Below, piece after piece: positions 37,217 to 49,787 of a DNA stretch of 64,000 nucleotides; positions within the stretch are counted from its first letter, which is position 1; the number at the start of each line of letters is the position of its first letter. Location: assembly GCA_951406725.2 (NCBI GenBank), contig OX597819.1, positions 59,210,001 through 59,274,000 on the forward strand, given 5' to 3'. The notes under the pieces were generated by a model that worked only from the letters and a program-made list of their open reading frames with translations, made no database searches and had not been told where the DNA came from. A program made the translations under genes and the position numbers. The stretch comes from Octopus vulgaris. Its lineage: Eukaryota.

Positions 37217-37754
37217 CTGAAAAAGTTACATGTATACATTTTAAAACTTTTATCAAGAAATAATAAAAGTCTTTAATAAGAATATTACTTTATTTCAGTA
37301 TAAAAAAAAACAAAATAATAATTTCAGGTTTTCAAAAATATTTACCAAGGATCTTTACACTTCACCCCTGTACTTGAATCTTTAACACTGTTATTTACAA
37401 GTAAATACACATTACTGGTTCTAATTCTAGAACCAATCTTTAACAAATAAAAGCAGCACTGAAAAGGTACATGATTATGACCAAAGAGTAAAACATTTCT
37501 TTATTCTAATAGCAAAGGAAAAGGGATCTCACAGGGACATACTGGGACTAAAAATGATTTGCATAAAGTATATACAATTAGAATTCCCATTAAATTCATA
37601 AACAAGTGTGATACAATGTGGTGCTGCCATCTGGGCACAAAACCCATTTGAAGACAAATGTCGGATGCTAAGAGGTGGAAAACTGGTTTTTATTCTGCAT
37701 ATTTTTAGATTCAAAAATTCATACTACCAAATTACTATGCCTTATTTTGCTACA

Positions 37755-37910
37755 GACGAAGACCTGTTGAGGCAAGTGAAATCGAAATCGAACCAAATTC
37801 AATGACTGGCACCCATGCCAACCTCCCTTCATTGGACACTAAACTCTGCTTGCGAAGACCTGTTGGGGCAAGTAAAATCGTGCCAGTGGATGTTGATGAT
37901 GACTGGCACA
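37755..37910 (+). mobile_element. isolated RTE 3'UTR repeat-unit fragment
   Basis: GAAGACCTGTTGAGGCAAGTGAAATCG..AAACTCTGCTTGCGAAGAC matches the 98-bp unit at 9281-9474. Confidence 0.7.
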
Positions 37911-38429
37911 GAACACTTACATGTGCTCCTTTACAGTTTTAATTTAGAAAGATGAGAAATTAATAAATTATTTTTTAACACCAAAACAGCTGAGCTCAAT
38001 CATCCCATTCTAGTCATAAACAAGCTTTTAATTTTACCTCCCTCAATCCAGTTTGATATTAATCTAGGCGATAAATTAAAGAAAGGGATTTTCTTTTTTC
38101 ACTCTTTTCTTTCTTCAGAAACAGAAAACACCACCATATCTACTAGTCAATAAATTGTTAATGGTTACAAAATTACACTTAAGTACAACCAAATGAGCTA
38201 CCAGAAATTACTTTAATTAAAATCAATTACAAATGTTTGTTGGGAAGAAAGAGTGAAAAGCAAATAGAAGTATTCTATAATTACAATAAATCTAAAATTT
38301 TAACTCAAATATAAAAATGTACTCAAAATATATAATGCACAAAGACAAAAAAAATCAACTGTTTAAACTAATGAAGAGAAAAAAGTATTCAAAATACCTA
38401 AGATTCAAAACATAAAATATATTTCTTAC

Positions 38430-38492
38430 CTGAGGGAGATACGGCGTTGAAAGACTTCTGATTGTATGGAGATATCACAGGTTGTTCATTAG
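38430..38492 (-). CDS. ZCCHC14: ZCCHC14/2-family exon
   Basis: ttccag|...CAG|gtaaga; 63 nt, phase 1/1; (A)NEQPVISPYNQKSFNAVSPS. Confidence 0.75.
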
Positions 38493-39573
38493 CTGGAATT
38501 AAAAATAAAATCTCTATTAAAAAAATATTTATTGGATAAGCATTTTTATAACTGAACGTTATAACACTTTTTAACAGGTGACATGGTTAAAGTCCATGGG
38601 CTAAAACCATGTCAAAAAAGAAACAATATACAGAAGCGACATTAAACTCCTCAAGCCACAACGTAAGCAATCCATCTAGAAGAGCAATTACTCAAGATAT
38701 TACAGAGTGTTCAGGCTAAATTTGATGAGTTTTTGTCTCCTTTTTGCAGGAACAGCCTGATGCATTGTTGAACAGTCAATGGCATTATGGAGGATAAAGA
38801 TTAAAGTTGCAGTAGAAAAAAAGCTGACATAAAGTACCAGAAGATTTTGTTTCTCTAGAAAACAGTTTTTTTCTCCAAGAAAAAAAAAAATCTATAAAGT
38901 ATATTATAAACACCCCATGCCAGTGCCTTGTAAAAAGCATCCAGTACACTGTGAAGTGGTTGGAATTAAGAAGGACATCCGGCCATAGAAATCATGATAA
39001 AACAGAACTCTCCAGCTCCTGACTAACCAAACCAACCCATGTCAGCATATAAAATGGACATTAGATGATGATTATGACTCACTGATGCTTTTGTTTTAGG
39101 AAATTGAATCTTCTTAACATTCAGAATGTCTTTAATTTTAAATAATTTTGTTTGTCTTATGTCTCATCACTTTATCTTAACTGAAAATTCCAATTTTAAC
39201 TCAATAGATAAATGATTATACATTGTAAAAGATTTAGTCATACACCTTATCATTTCTCTGAAATAAATCATTGTAATTCATCATCTAACATCCATTTTTC
39301 TCGTATAGGTTGGAAAGATTTCTCAGCATATCACCATTTATCATGTAGCTTCATCATTTGGTGTGCGTGCGTGTGCACACACACACACACAGAGCAACAG
39401 GAGAAATTAGCCATCTTTTTTGTGTCTGTAATTGTAATAGCCTGATGCCCTTTCTATTACCAACCACTTTCCAATGCAATTAAGCACATTCTTATTTGTT
39501 ACACCAGCATCAGAAAAGTTGTCAGCATCAAGACTAAAGATTAAAGCACCTCTATTTACTCTATATCAGTTTA

Positions 39574-40062
39574 TAGGGTGTTTGGACTAAATTTCCCAGT
39601 TTGCATAAAAGGAAGAGAAAACACAATATCTCTTCCGAAAGAAGTATTTTCAAAAACCAAAACATATCAACCAGATTATGGCTAGGAGAAAGCAGTTTAC
39701 CCAAGGTTGCCACCCACAGCTTCCACCATGGACTCAAGGCAGCTCTAGAACCTGGTGTATGCATTTTTCACTGTGTCCATGGGAAAATCTTCAAACACAT
39801 CCTTGGTCTTGGCATTGTAGGCAAAGTGCTTGGTGTCTTTCTCTACTGCACCTCATACATAGTAATCTATGGGATTACAACTGAGGGAATTAGGAGGCTA
39901 GAAACTGGGGTGGATGAAGTTGTAAAAATCCTCCGACAACCTCTTATGATTACTTCCAGAGGTGTGGTAAGCATCTGAATCCTGTTATCACACACATGGC
40001 TTTCCAGGAGCAGCCCTTTCCAGCCAGGGTTTGACTACAACCTCCAATAGCTTCACATAGCC
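39574..40062 (-). pseudogene. Tc1/mariner DD37D (maT-type) transposase relic with one terminal end
   Basis: - strand: YVKLLEVVVKPWLERAAPGKPCV**QD-(37 aa)-DYYV*GAVE incl. PPNS..CNPID; TA|TAGGGTG end at 39572-39580. Confidence 0.8.
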
Positions 40063-41169
40063 TCCTGTGAATGGGCTTTGTTCAAAAATGTGCAAATGAA
40101 TTCTGGCATGCAGATGCAATCAGAATGCATGCTTGCTGTGTTCCTTCTTGCTGGCTATGGCTTTATAGTATCTGTTGCAGCTCTCCATGTCACATCTTAA
40201 AAATTATGTTGTTGATAATATGATGGCCTTCTTTTCCAGTTTCCATCTACCAATCAACCAAATCTACTTGCTAAAGATTTAGTCAACCTGGGTCTATAGT
40301 AGAAGACATTTGCCCAAGGTGATGCACAGTGGGACTAAACCTGAAGCCACATAGTTGGCATCGTTGGTGCACATAAATATCTTTATTTGTCTTAATCTCT
40401 AGCATCATGTTGGCTTTGTCTGCAGAACATGTGGTCCACCATATGATTTTATCTGTCTGACAACATTATTAGGAGCAAAGGAGGGAAACAGATTGATGTC
40501 ATATATACTTAGTACCACTGCTTTTCAGACAGGGTTCTGGTGAATGCCACTGGATTGCTGTGTTCTTTCAAAAAAGAAGTGACCTGTATGTCCAACATTC
40601 TCTCTCACCTCTTCTATCATACTATCATCCACAACATTTTGAGTCTCTCCTCTTACTCTGCCTCCTGTCATTCTCTTGATAAGTCTGCCTTGAATGAAGA
40701 GACATGGTAGAGTATTCAGAATTCTTGTGGAGGCAAGGTAACCTCTCCAATACTTAGTACCACCATGAAGTGTACTCAGTGCACTCTCGAGTGGTTGGCA
40801 TTATGAAGGGCATCCAACTATAAAAATCTGCCAAAATAGAAACACAGTTCTTGACATGTCCAAGAGGGCAGTAACTTCAAATAACAACTGACTTGAATTG
40901 TGAGAGTAATGCTGTAAAAGTTGTGAGAGATGGTTTCTTCTTTGAGCAAATGGTAAGTGAAGGATTGCCTTTATATGAAACATCGTCACAGAGAAGTGGA
41001 GATATATTTGATTTTAAAACCACAGAATAGAAGATAACTTTATATTTGACTTTATCCACTTAGTCATGGAAAGGGCTTTTCTTGATTGACTTTTTCCTTC
41101 ATTGCAGAGGTCTATAGTAATATTCAAGTATTTCCTCACAATATTATTTTATTATTATTTGGATACCCT

Positions 41170-41390
41170 AAGGCAGTAAGCTGGCAGAATCATTAGCATG
41201 CCAGGCAAAATGCTTAGCAGCACTTTGTCCATCTTTGTGTTCTGAGTTCAAATTCTGCCAAAGTCAACTTTGTCTTTCATCCTGTCAGGGTAATTAAATT
41301 AAGTACCAGTTGAACACAGGAATCAATGTAATCAACTGGGCCCCCAACCTCAAAATTTCGAGCTATGTGCCTATAAGTAGAAAGGATTGA
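41170..41390 (+). mobile_element. SINE family A
   Basis: AAGGCAGTAAGCTGGCAGAA head, GAGTTCAAATTC, AAATTAAGTACCAG. Confidence 0.8.
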
Positions 41391-42131
41391 TATTTGGATA
41401 CCTGAAAGGGGTATCAGATTGTATAGCTTTCAATATTTGTAAATTTATTTGTTCTTCAGGTTGAGTTGACAGAAATTATTATGCAACCTAATTTTCACAG
41501 GTGAGCCTCAATTCCCACCCTGTCACATTTAAGGAGGTCAGTTTCCAAGAATAGAATAAAAGGTTGTATGTTTTTGTGGTCCCCCACCACTCTGTGTGTG
41601 TGTGTGTGTATGCGAGAGAGAGAGAGAGAGAATGACACTAGCATGTCATTTAATGTCACAAGTTTCTATGGCCCTTATCCATTGTGCCAAGAGTTCTACC
41701 TTAAAACAATTCAAAACACTGAACAAGTTTGTGGCCTGGTCAAAGCTATATCAGCTGAGTCACATTCTTCTAAACATATTCACAGACTGTCAACAACAAG
41801 AATAACCTGCCAAGAGAATAATGATGAAGTACTAAGTACATTTACTATGAGAAGCCAAGGACCTGTTACAGACCCAAAAGTGATGGTGGTATGCTAGAAA
41901 TCTCTAGTTATGAGTAAGTTGGTCTACTATTCATAGCTTTGGTCTCTTAGCTGCCCACACCTTCGCCCATCTTTAGGAGAGATTGAAAAAGTATTCACCA
42001 AAAGAAAAAACAAAAAATCAACCTAACTACTGAGAATGCCTTCATGTATTGTGTCTATTCTTTAAATCACAACATGAACAATATGCCTTCATAAACATGT
42101 GGAGGATCCTCACAAATCTTGTTTCAAATTT

Positions 42132-42472
42132 TAGTCGAGCAAATCAACGCCAGGACTTATTCTTTGGAAGCCTAGTACTTATTCAATTGGTCTCTTTTGC
42201 CGAACCACTAAGTTACGGGGACGTAAACACATCATCATCGGTTGTCAAGTGATGTTGGTGGAGACAAACACAGACACACAAACATATACACACACAACCA
42301 TATATATATACAACGGGCTTCTTTCAGTTTCAGTCTACCAAATCCACTCACAAGGCTTTGGTCGGCCTGAGGCTATAGTAGAAGTCACTTGCCCAAGGTG
42401 CCATGCAGTGGGAATGAACCTGGAACCATGTGGTTGGTAAGCAAGCTACTTAACACACAGCCACTCCTGCAC
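42132..42472 (-). mobile_element. SINE family B
   Basis: Reverse complement of the 3987-4348 element. Confidence 0.85.
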
Positions 42473-43718
42473 CTATACAAAGGATATGAATATATATATT
42501 TATATAAAAGGATAGAAATATATATATATATATATATATATTTAATATCAACTTTATCATGCTTGTATGGGTCTGATGGAATCTGAGGCTAAATATTTGC
42601 AGCTTGATATTCTTCCTGTCACCAAAACTCACCTGTTTCCAAGCAAAGGTAACATTTCATATGGCCAGACATGTTTTCTACAAAAGACTGGGAATAAATG
42701 GCATCACATATAATAGTGATGTTCATTTATAAACATCACAATGTCAAAACTAGGGTGCATACACACACACACACACACACATGAAAGTGTGCACTGCCAC
42801 CACCATTATTTAATGTTTGCTTTCCATGCTGACATAGGCTGGACAGTCTGACTGGAGCTGCTAGGAATTGTACCAGGCTCTGTTGTCTATTTTGGCAAGG
42901 TTTCTATGGCTGAATGCCCTTCCTAATGCCAACTACATTACAGAGTGTACTGGGTGCTTTTCAACAGGCTCACAAAATATGTACATATGTATGTATAGAC
43001 ACATATATATGCAGACTCATTTTTCATTCAAGTTTTGCAGATAATACAATATTTAAGGTCTACCTTTCTAAATATTCACTCTTTCGTCCTTTGCCATAAC
43101 GTATCTTGATATAAGAATGATGACCATCCATCACACTTTCTCTTTATTTACAATAATTTTTTTATATAGTACTTACAAGTGGTTGGAACTCTCATTATTC
43201 TAATCATTCTGAGGACTTTTTACCGTAAATGTTTTTGATTTTTTTTTTGGTTAGTACAGTAACTGTTCTGTTCTTGAATATTCTTCCCATTGTTATTTCC
43301 CTTATTACTGTAGTTTTCATTAGTGGAGGACATTTGTGGAAGTGACAATATGTCCTATCATAAACCTGTCAAACAATGCTGTCATGGTAAAGCAGATGGC
43401 AGAGAAGAAAAAAAATTGTTTTTCTATTTCCACTGTATTTGATGACGTAAAAGACACATGGGCACATTAAATGCACACCACTTACAGCAGTGCATATTAA
43501 AGAGGAAAAAAGTGTTTAGTTTATTAAAGCTTATGGGAGGCCCAATTTCACATATAGGACCTGAAGTCACTTTTCAAGCCTTTCTTGATTTTTTTTTTTT
43601 TTGCAGGGGAGGAAGGGGTTTATATGCAGTTATTTACAAAAGAAAGTTTTGTTTTAAGGAAATATGTTACAAAATTTCATACAAAGAGATTATTTAAAAA
43701 GACATTAGGTAGACAAAC

Positions 43719-43831
43719 CTGAATGAAAATCAGTTGACCGGAAAGTAGAGGATCCATTTGAATCTGATGGAGCAAAAAATTTGACTAGATGATCACATTC
43801 TAAAAACTTTGAGGGGAGTTTTTCCAATTGT
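43719..43831 (-). CDS. ZCCHC14: ZCCHC14/2-family exon, end of PX-like domain
   Basis: cttttaacag|...CAG|gtttgt; 113 nt, phase 2/1; (G)QLEKLPSKFLECDHLVKFFAPSDSNG..., a PX-type terminal helix. Confidence 0.8.
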
Positions 43832-43909
43832 CTGTTAAAAGAAATTACAACAAGATTAGTATACAAAATAAAAAGTATGATAGAAGTTCATAATTACACT
43901 TATTAAGAA

Positions 43910-44222
43910 ACATCATCATCATTTAATGTCTGTTTTCCATGCTGGCATGGGTTGGACGGTTTGACTGAAGTCTGGAGAGCCAGCAGCTGCACCAGGCTCC
44001 AATCTGGTCTGATAATGTTTCTACAGCTGGATGCCCTTCCTAATGCCAACCACTTCGAGAGTGTAGTGTGTGCTTTTACGTGCCACCAGCAGGAGGGCCA
44101 GTCAGGCGGCATTGGCAACAGCCATGCTCTTTATGCGCCACCAGCACAGGAGCCAGTCAGGCGGGCCTGGCATCGATCACACTCGGATAGTGCTTTTTAC
44201 ATGTCACTGGCACAGGGGCCAG
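43910..44222 (-). mobile_element. RTE 3'-tail element
   Basis: Very similar to 9825-10080. Confidence 0.8.
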
Positions 44223-45131
44223 TCTTTATACATAATCCATATTTAACAACAATTGAACTTGTGCCAGCATATGAAAAATAGTAAGTCTGTATTATAGTAG
44301 TAGCCTTTTGAAATTTTACCCCAGGGTTTAAATATTAAGATATGGAATTGAAGAAAAACATATTACAGCCAAAACATTGCAACCTTGAGCAAGTCATGTA
44401 ATATATTTCCGTTAACTTACTCAAACCAAGGAGAAAGTCTCTACATAGTTACAGTCAAAGCACCTTTAAATCCCACCCTACTATCTTTAACAAAAAGGAC
44501 ATATATGATAATGTAGTCATTATAAGGTAGGATAGTCATGCCTTGAATACCTTTGATCATTGTTATGACCCAACAAACTTGTCTTCGCTCTAAACAATAA
44601 CAATCTACTGAGTAGAGTAAGAAAAAAAGTAGGTTAGCACTCACTATACAATTAAATAGCTGACATTAGAAAGAATATCCAATCATTAGCTGATAAAATA
44701 CAAAGCTTGAAAGACAGGAACATTTTAGTTTTTGTCTTGGTTCTTTTTTTTTAAATGGTTTTAGTTAGGGCAGGTCTTGATGCCATTTGTCAAGGTTTCT
44801 AAGATAAATGGAGAAAAGGTGGGAGAAACCACAATGCATGGCTTCTCCCAGATGCCATAAGACTTAACACAAATACTTGTAACAAAGTAATCATAAAAGT
44901 GATTAAGAACCGGATAGTGTTGCTAAACTTGGTAACGGATTATGTCAACCAGCCAACAAGTACAGTTCAATCTATAGGTTTTTACAGTTTCCATTTACTT
45001 AATTTCACTCACAAATTTCAGGCTGTCCTAACACTATGTCAAAAGATTTACATTATAGAATTAAGCCCAATATGAAAAACAAATGGTATTAACAGCTTTA
45101 CAGTCAAGATTTTTGTATCATTTATGTTTAA

Positions 45132-45338
45132 TTCTTTGGCATTCAGATGACCCTGTCAAATATAATGCTTATTTATTCAGATTGTTTTGAAGAATGCATA
45201 GGCTCGTAGCTCTGAGATTTTGATAATGCAATGTTTTACTTTTAGAATGACATTATAGGGTAGGTATAAGAGGCTAGATCTGGCTGACTTGAACATAAAA
45301 CCGGTTGAATATTTGAGCCAGGTTTAAATGCTACAGGG
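45132..45338. mobile_element. TTAA-flanked MITE (piggyBac-like)
   Basis: TTAA on both sides; imperfect TIR (TTCTTTGGCATTCAGA / TTTAAATGCTACAGGG); partial inverted copy at ~5720-5814. Confidence 0.55.
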
Positions 45339-45781
45339 TTAAATACTATAACAAACTGGTAATTCTTGAAGGAACAGTCTCTAGGTGAGCCATTTTCACA
45401 TAACTAACTCTTTATACTGTTGTCAATAGCGCAGTAAGAGATAGATATCTAGGTAACTTGTCTTTAACATGAATAATGAAGATAAAAGTCTTCGTTTATA
45501 ACCCAATATCTCCTTCAAAATATTTTCACATTCTTTTCTATATGCTTTCTTATCATCATCATCATTTTAACATCCACTTTTCCATGCTGGAATGGACCTG
45601 ATGAAGTTTACTGAGTCAGATGTTATACAGCCAGATACCCTTCTGGACATCAGCTCTTTTGGTCTGAAGCAAGGTAATATTTGCCAGATGTGTTTTCACA
45701 GAATATTGGAAATGGATGACATTCATTAACAACAATCATTTGATGTTTAGACAAAGGCATCAGATATACATATTCTCTCTT

Positions 45782-45831
<50 letters not shown>

Positions 45832-47429
45832 ATAAATATGGTGGGCTTCTTTTAGTTTCCATCAACCAAGGCTTTGGTTGGCTCAAGGCTATAATAAAAA
45901 ACATTTGCTCAACATGCCACAGAGTGGGACTGAACCCGAAACCACATAGCTGAGAAGCAAACTTCTTAACCACATAGCCACAGTTGAAAAAATTTGAAGG
46001 ACATCAAAGACATGGCGTATTGATGAAAACATCATACTATTTTGAGAATAAGTTAACAAAACATGTTAGTTGACTACACTTATCATCTGTGCACAATATA
46101 AAAAATACTTCATAGATACAATTTTTCCAGTTCACAAAAAAAAAAAAAGAAAAAATGATGAAGCAAAAGTTTTAAAGTTGTTTATACTTCCCAAACCACC
46201 GATTAACAGTGAACCAGGAATGCGATCTTAAATAAGATATACTACACATGACAAATATAAAATAACTAGATTTAATCAATCTGGTCCATGCAGATATACA
46301 GATACTGTACAAGCAGATTTCGATGCTTGCTTCAAAATTTAGTCACCTTTCTTTTAATCACATGTATCCCAGGCTTTAAATAGGTACATATCCCTGCATA
46401 TTGAAAAGGGGGACTAAAAGGCTAAAAGAGCATTCACCCATAAAACACTACCTCAGAATGTTCTATCAAATCATAGCAACGTGGATAGCAAATTTATCAG
46501 CAGTGCAATCATTTTAGATGGCAAGAAATATTGAAACCCATTTAGTATTTAATCATCAACAACAACAACACCTGGGACATTACTGTCTTGAGTTCTAGAA
46601 CTGATAGGGCCAGTTACCTGGTTTCCACAGCATATAAGTGACTGAGATCACAACAGTCCCCTCTGAATGGGGCACCAATGTGCCACAGGGTTATTCATTA
46701 CAGGTGAGCGGATTGGAGCTATGCAAAATGAAGTACTTTGCTTAAGAACACAACACATTGCCTGATCCAGGAATCAAAACCACATTCTCATGATCATGAG
46801 TGCAACACCCTAAGTACTAGGCCACTATGCTTAGTATTTAAACATTAGTAAAAACTGATGCCATTTGAGCCAATGAATATACCTTTACATAGTCACTTGA
46901 CACACAAGAAATACTAGCCAAAGCTCCCTCAAACCACACCCTACCAACTTTATCCAGATTGCAGACTATTTCTCTCTTAACTCAATTTCTGAAACAATCA
47001 CATTAAAGATATAAAACTATTGTGACTACTTGACTACATAACCCGTGTAGCACAACAATCAAGACTTGACCCTTTATATAGGGGGTCAAGTTTGAAAAGG
47101 ATAAAAATGGGTGGCAAAAATAAAACATGATATTTCAGGTCAGCCAGATAAAGTGTATGAGCAAATGATGTCAAGTGATGTTGATGTTTCTGCTTTGCCT
47201 TATAATACACAATGGCAAATACGGCTCCACTTGACACACACTGTACAAACAATTTCAGTTCCTGTTACATGAATATATTGATTGAAAATTACTCCCATTA
47301 CAGCTTTATGTTGGCATGAGTTAGAACTTTTGAACAGCTTTCCCATAACACAATTTTCTAATAGAAAAAACCTGCACAGTAACATTTGGGACTTTTTGAA
47401 AGTTAGCTTTAAGCCAATGGATACATAAT

Positions 47430-47813
47430 TCTTTATTTATGTGTTTCATTCATTGAATTAAAGCCAAGGTGGGGCACAAGCCTCAAAGGGTTGGTCAAAC
47501 GAATCTATCCCAGTGCTTATTTTTAAGTCTGGTACTTATTGTATCTCTTTTGTCAAACCACTAAGTTATGGGGATGTAAACAAACCAATACTGGCTGTCA
47601 AGCAGTGATAGGGGACTAAAATACACAATCACATGCATACATATATACAATGGACTTTCACACAGTTTTCGTTAAATAAATTCACTTGCAAAGCATTGGT
47701 TGGTTCAGGGCTATAATAGAAGACACATGCCCAAGGTGCCATGCAGTGGAGTTGAACCTGAAAGTATATTGTTACAAAGCAAGCTTCTTAACCACACAGC
47801 TATGCTTGTACCT
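47430..47813 (-). mobile_element. SINE family B, older copy
   Basis: Colinear reverse complement with more divergence. Confidence 0.75.
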
Positions 47814-47876
47814 ATAATGTTTTTTGTGGGGAGGGGTGAATAGAATTATATATTTGAATTTTATACAAATACTTAC

Positions 47877-47937
47877 CCTACATAATGAGATATATTTTGT
47901 AGATTAACATCCTCTACATGTTCTTCTTTGTAAAAAT
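47877..47937 (-). CDS. ZCCHC14: ZCCHC14/2-family exon, PX-like domain
   Basis: tttttag|...|gtaagt; 61 nt, phase 1/2; (N)FYKEEHVEDVNLQNISHYV. Confidence 0.78.
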
Positions 47938-48064
47938 CTAAAAAGAGAAAAAAAATTAGCATGTAAAAATCATTGTTTTTTTAAAAACTATTCCATGTTG
48001 GCAGAGATTAAACAGTTCTATATTTTACAGTTTGTAAATGTCCCAGCCCAGTGTGATTTCATAG

Positions 48065-48373
48065 GACGACATGCCGTGCTTGAGCAATATCAAAATCAAA
48101 TCAAATGGAAATTGTAGTTGTGAGCCCCGTGCCAGTAGCACATAAAAAGCACCATCCGATCATTGTTGTTGCCAGCTCCTCTGGTCCTGTGCCACGTAAA
48201 AAGCACCCACTACACTCTCAAAGTGGTCGGTGTTAGGAAGGGCACCCAGCTGTAGAAACATTGCCAGATCAGATTGGGGCCTGATGCAGCCTCCTGGCTT
48301 CCCAGACCCCAGTTGAACCGTCCAACCCATGCCAGCATGGAAAACGGACGTTAAACGATGATGATGATGATGA
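48065..48373 (+). mobile_element. RTE 3' end (last codons, 3'UTR, (GAT)n tail)
   Basis: Matches 9560-9808 incl. AAAAGCACCCACTACACTC and CCAACCCATGCCAGCATGGAAAACGGACG. Confidence 0.85.
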
Positions 48374-49723
48374 ACATCTTTGTTCCTATCTTACCACCAT
48401 TTCTCATTCTTCAGTGATCCTACCTTTGCCTCATGTCTTTGGTCAGTGTGCACCTTTTTTCTTCCCTACACCTCGCACTCTATTCCTACCACTGTCTCTA
48501 ACTGTCACAGTCTGACTGCATTTACATCAGAGACATATTTCATATATGTTCAGTTACTCAGAATGTATGGCATACTTAGTTCAACGAATCAACTTAAAGC
48601 ATAAGACATTTGGGCCAGAATGGTATTCTCTTAGTGTCACCCTCATTTCATAATACAGAAATAAATATCAACCATATCACACTTTCACCTTAATAGTCCC
48701 AAAAAGATAACAAAAGCCATAAGCACTGCTATTCTTTCTTAAACTATACAAGGTGGAAATGTGAGAGATGGTGAGATTAGATCTCAGAATGCTTTTCCTT
48801 ACAGTTAAAATGACAAAAACCAAGATGAATGGCCTATCCAATCTGTAATGTCCACTTTTCCATGTTTGCATGGGTCAAACAGACTTTGTTGGGATTAGTA
48901 GAAAATGCAACTAAAAATTTTGTTGATCTCTGAGCTACAGTGCCGAATTTCTCTCTACCCTCTCTTGCAAACTATCTATCTGTCTATGTTCTTTTTTTCA
49001 TTTTTTTTATTACTGTTGAACCATGAAAGCTTTTATTACTAATACTTTACTCCAGGTAAATTGTATCTGCATTCCTATCTACATACATCTGCTGTCTACA
49101 CTTAAAACTTATTTCACAACTGGATTCATTCAAAGAACCTGTATAGAATGCATACACTTCAAAAAACTTATATGTAGACACTTCTATTAACATCTGGTCA
49201 TTAACTGATTTTGCAATGGTTTCAAGAACTAAAATGAAAAGGACTACTTTTTGGACCCCACTTTGTACTTTAAACTCTCTGCTGAACTTGTATTACATCT
49301 CATACACATGATAAATGAATTAATCAACACCTAAATTTCCTTTGCTCACCAACTTACAGTACTTGGAACTCCTGTCAATAGCAGTTCTTAAATCAACAAA
49401 TGTAAGGTTCCACCTTAGTTACAAATCTTTCTCTTTCAGCCATGTCATCAGAAATATAATATCTGCGTTACTGTGTTTTGTTATAGTCAGATACTACATT
49501 CTAACCCACCAACTTTCTTCGATATAACTGAATTCTCAGGCCCTTTATTTCTATAAACAAGAAAATCTCTACATTCAACTGACATGAAGTATAAAGTTTT
49601 AAAACTGAAAATAGGATGTAGGATTATTCTTGAGATATCTAATGGAGTTAGTAGCTTAATATACTCATATCATTAAGCACAATTAATTCTCTAATGAGGG
49701 AAGAAATAGAAAAGAATGCTTAC

Positions 49724-49787
49724 TTTGAAGAAAAGGAATCCTTCGATCTTGTTTGTACACATTAACATCATCAATTATTCGTGAAAA
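49724..49787 (-). CDS. ZCCHC14: ZCCHC14/2-family exon, PX-like domain
   Basis: tgtttcag|...|gtaagc; 64 nt, phase 0/1; FSRIIDDVNVYKQDRRIPFLQ. Confidence 0.8.

Noticed and set aside
41699-41806. Exon-like segment on the - strand with a good acceptor
   Set aside because: Stop codon in the required phase and a weak donor; the real phase 2/1 exon is 43719-43831
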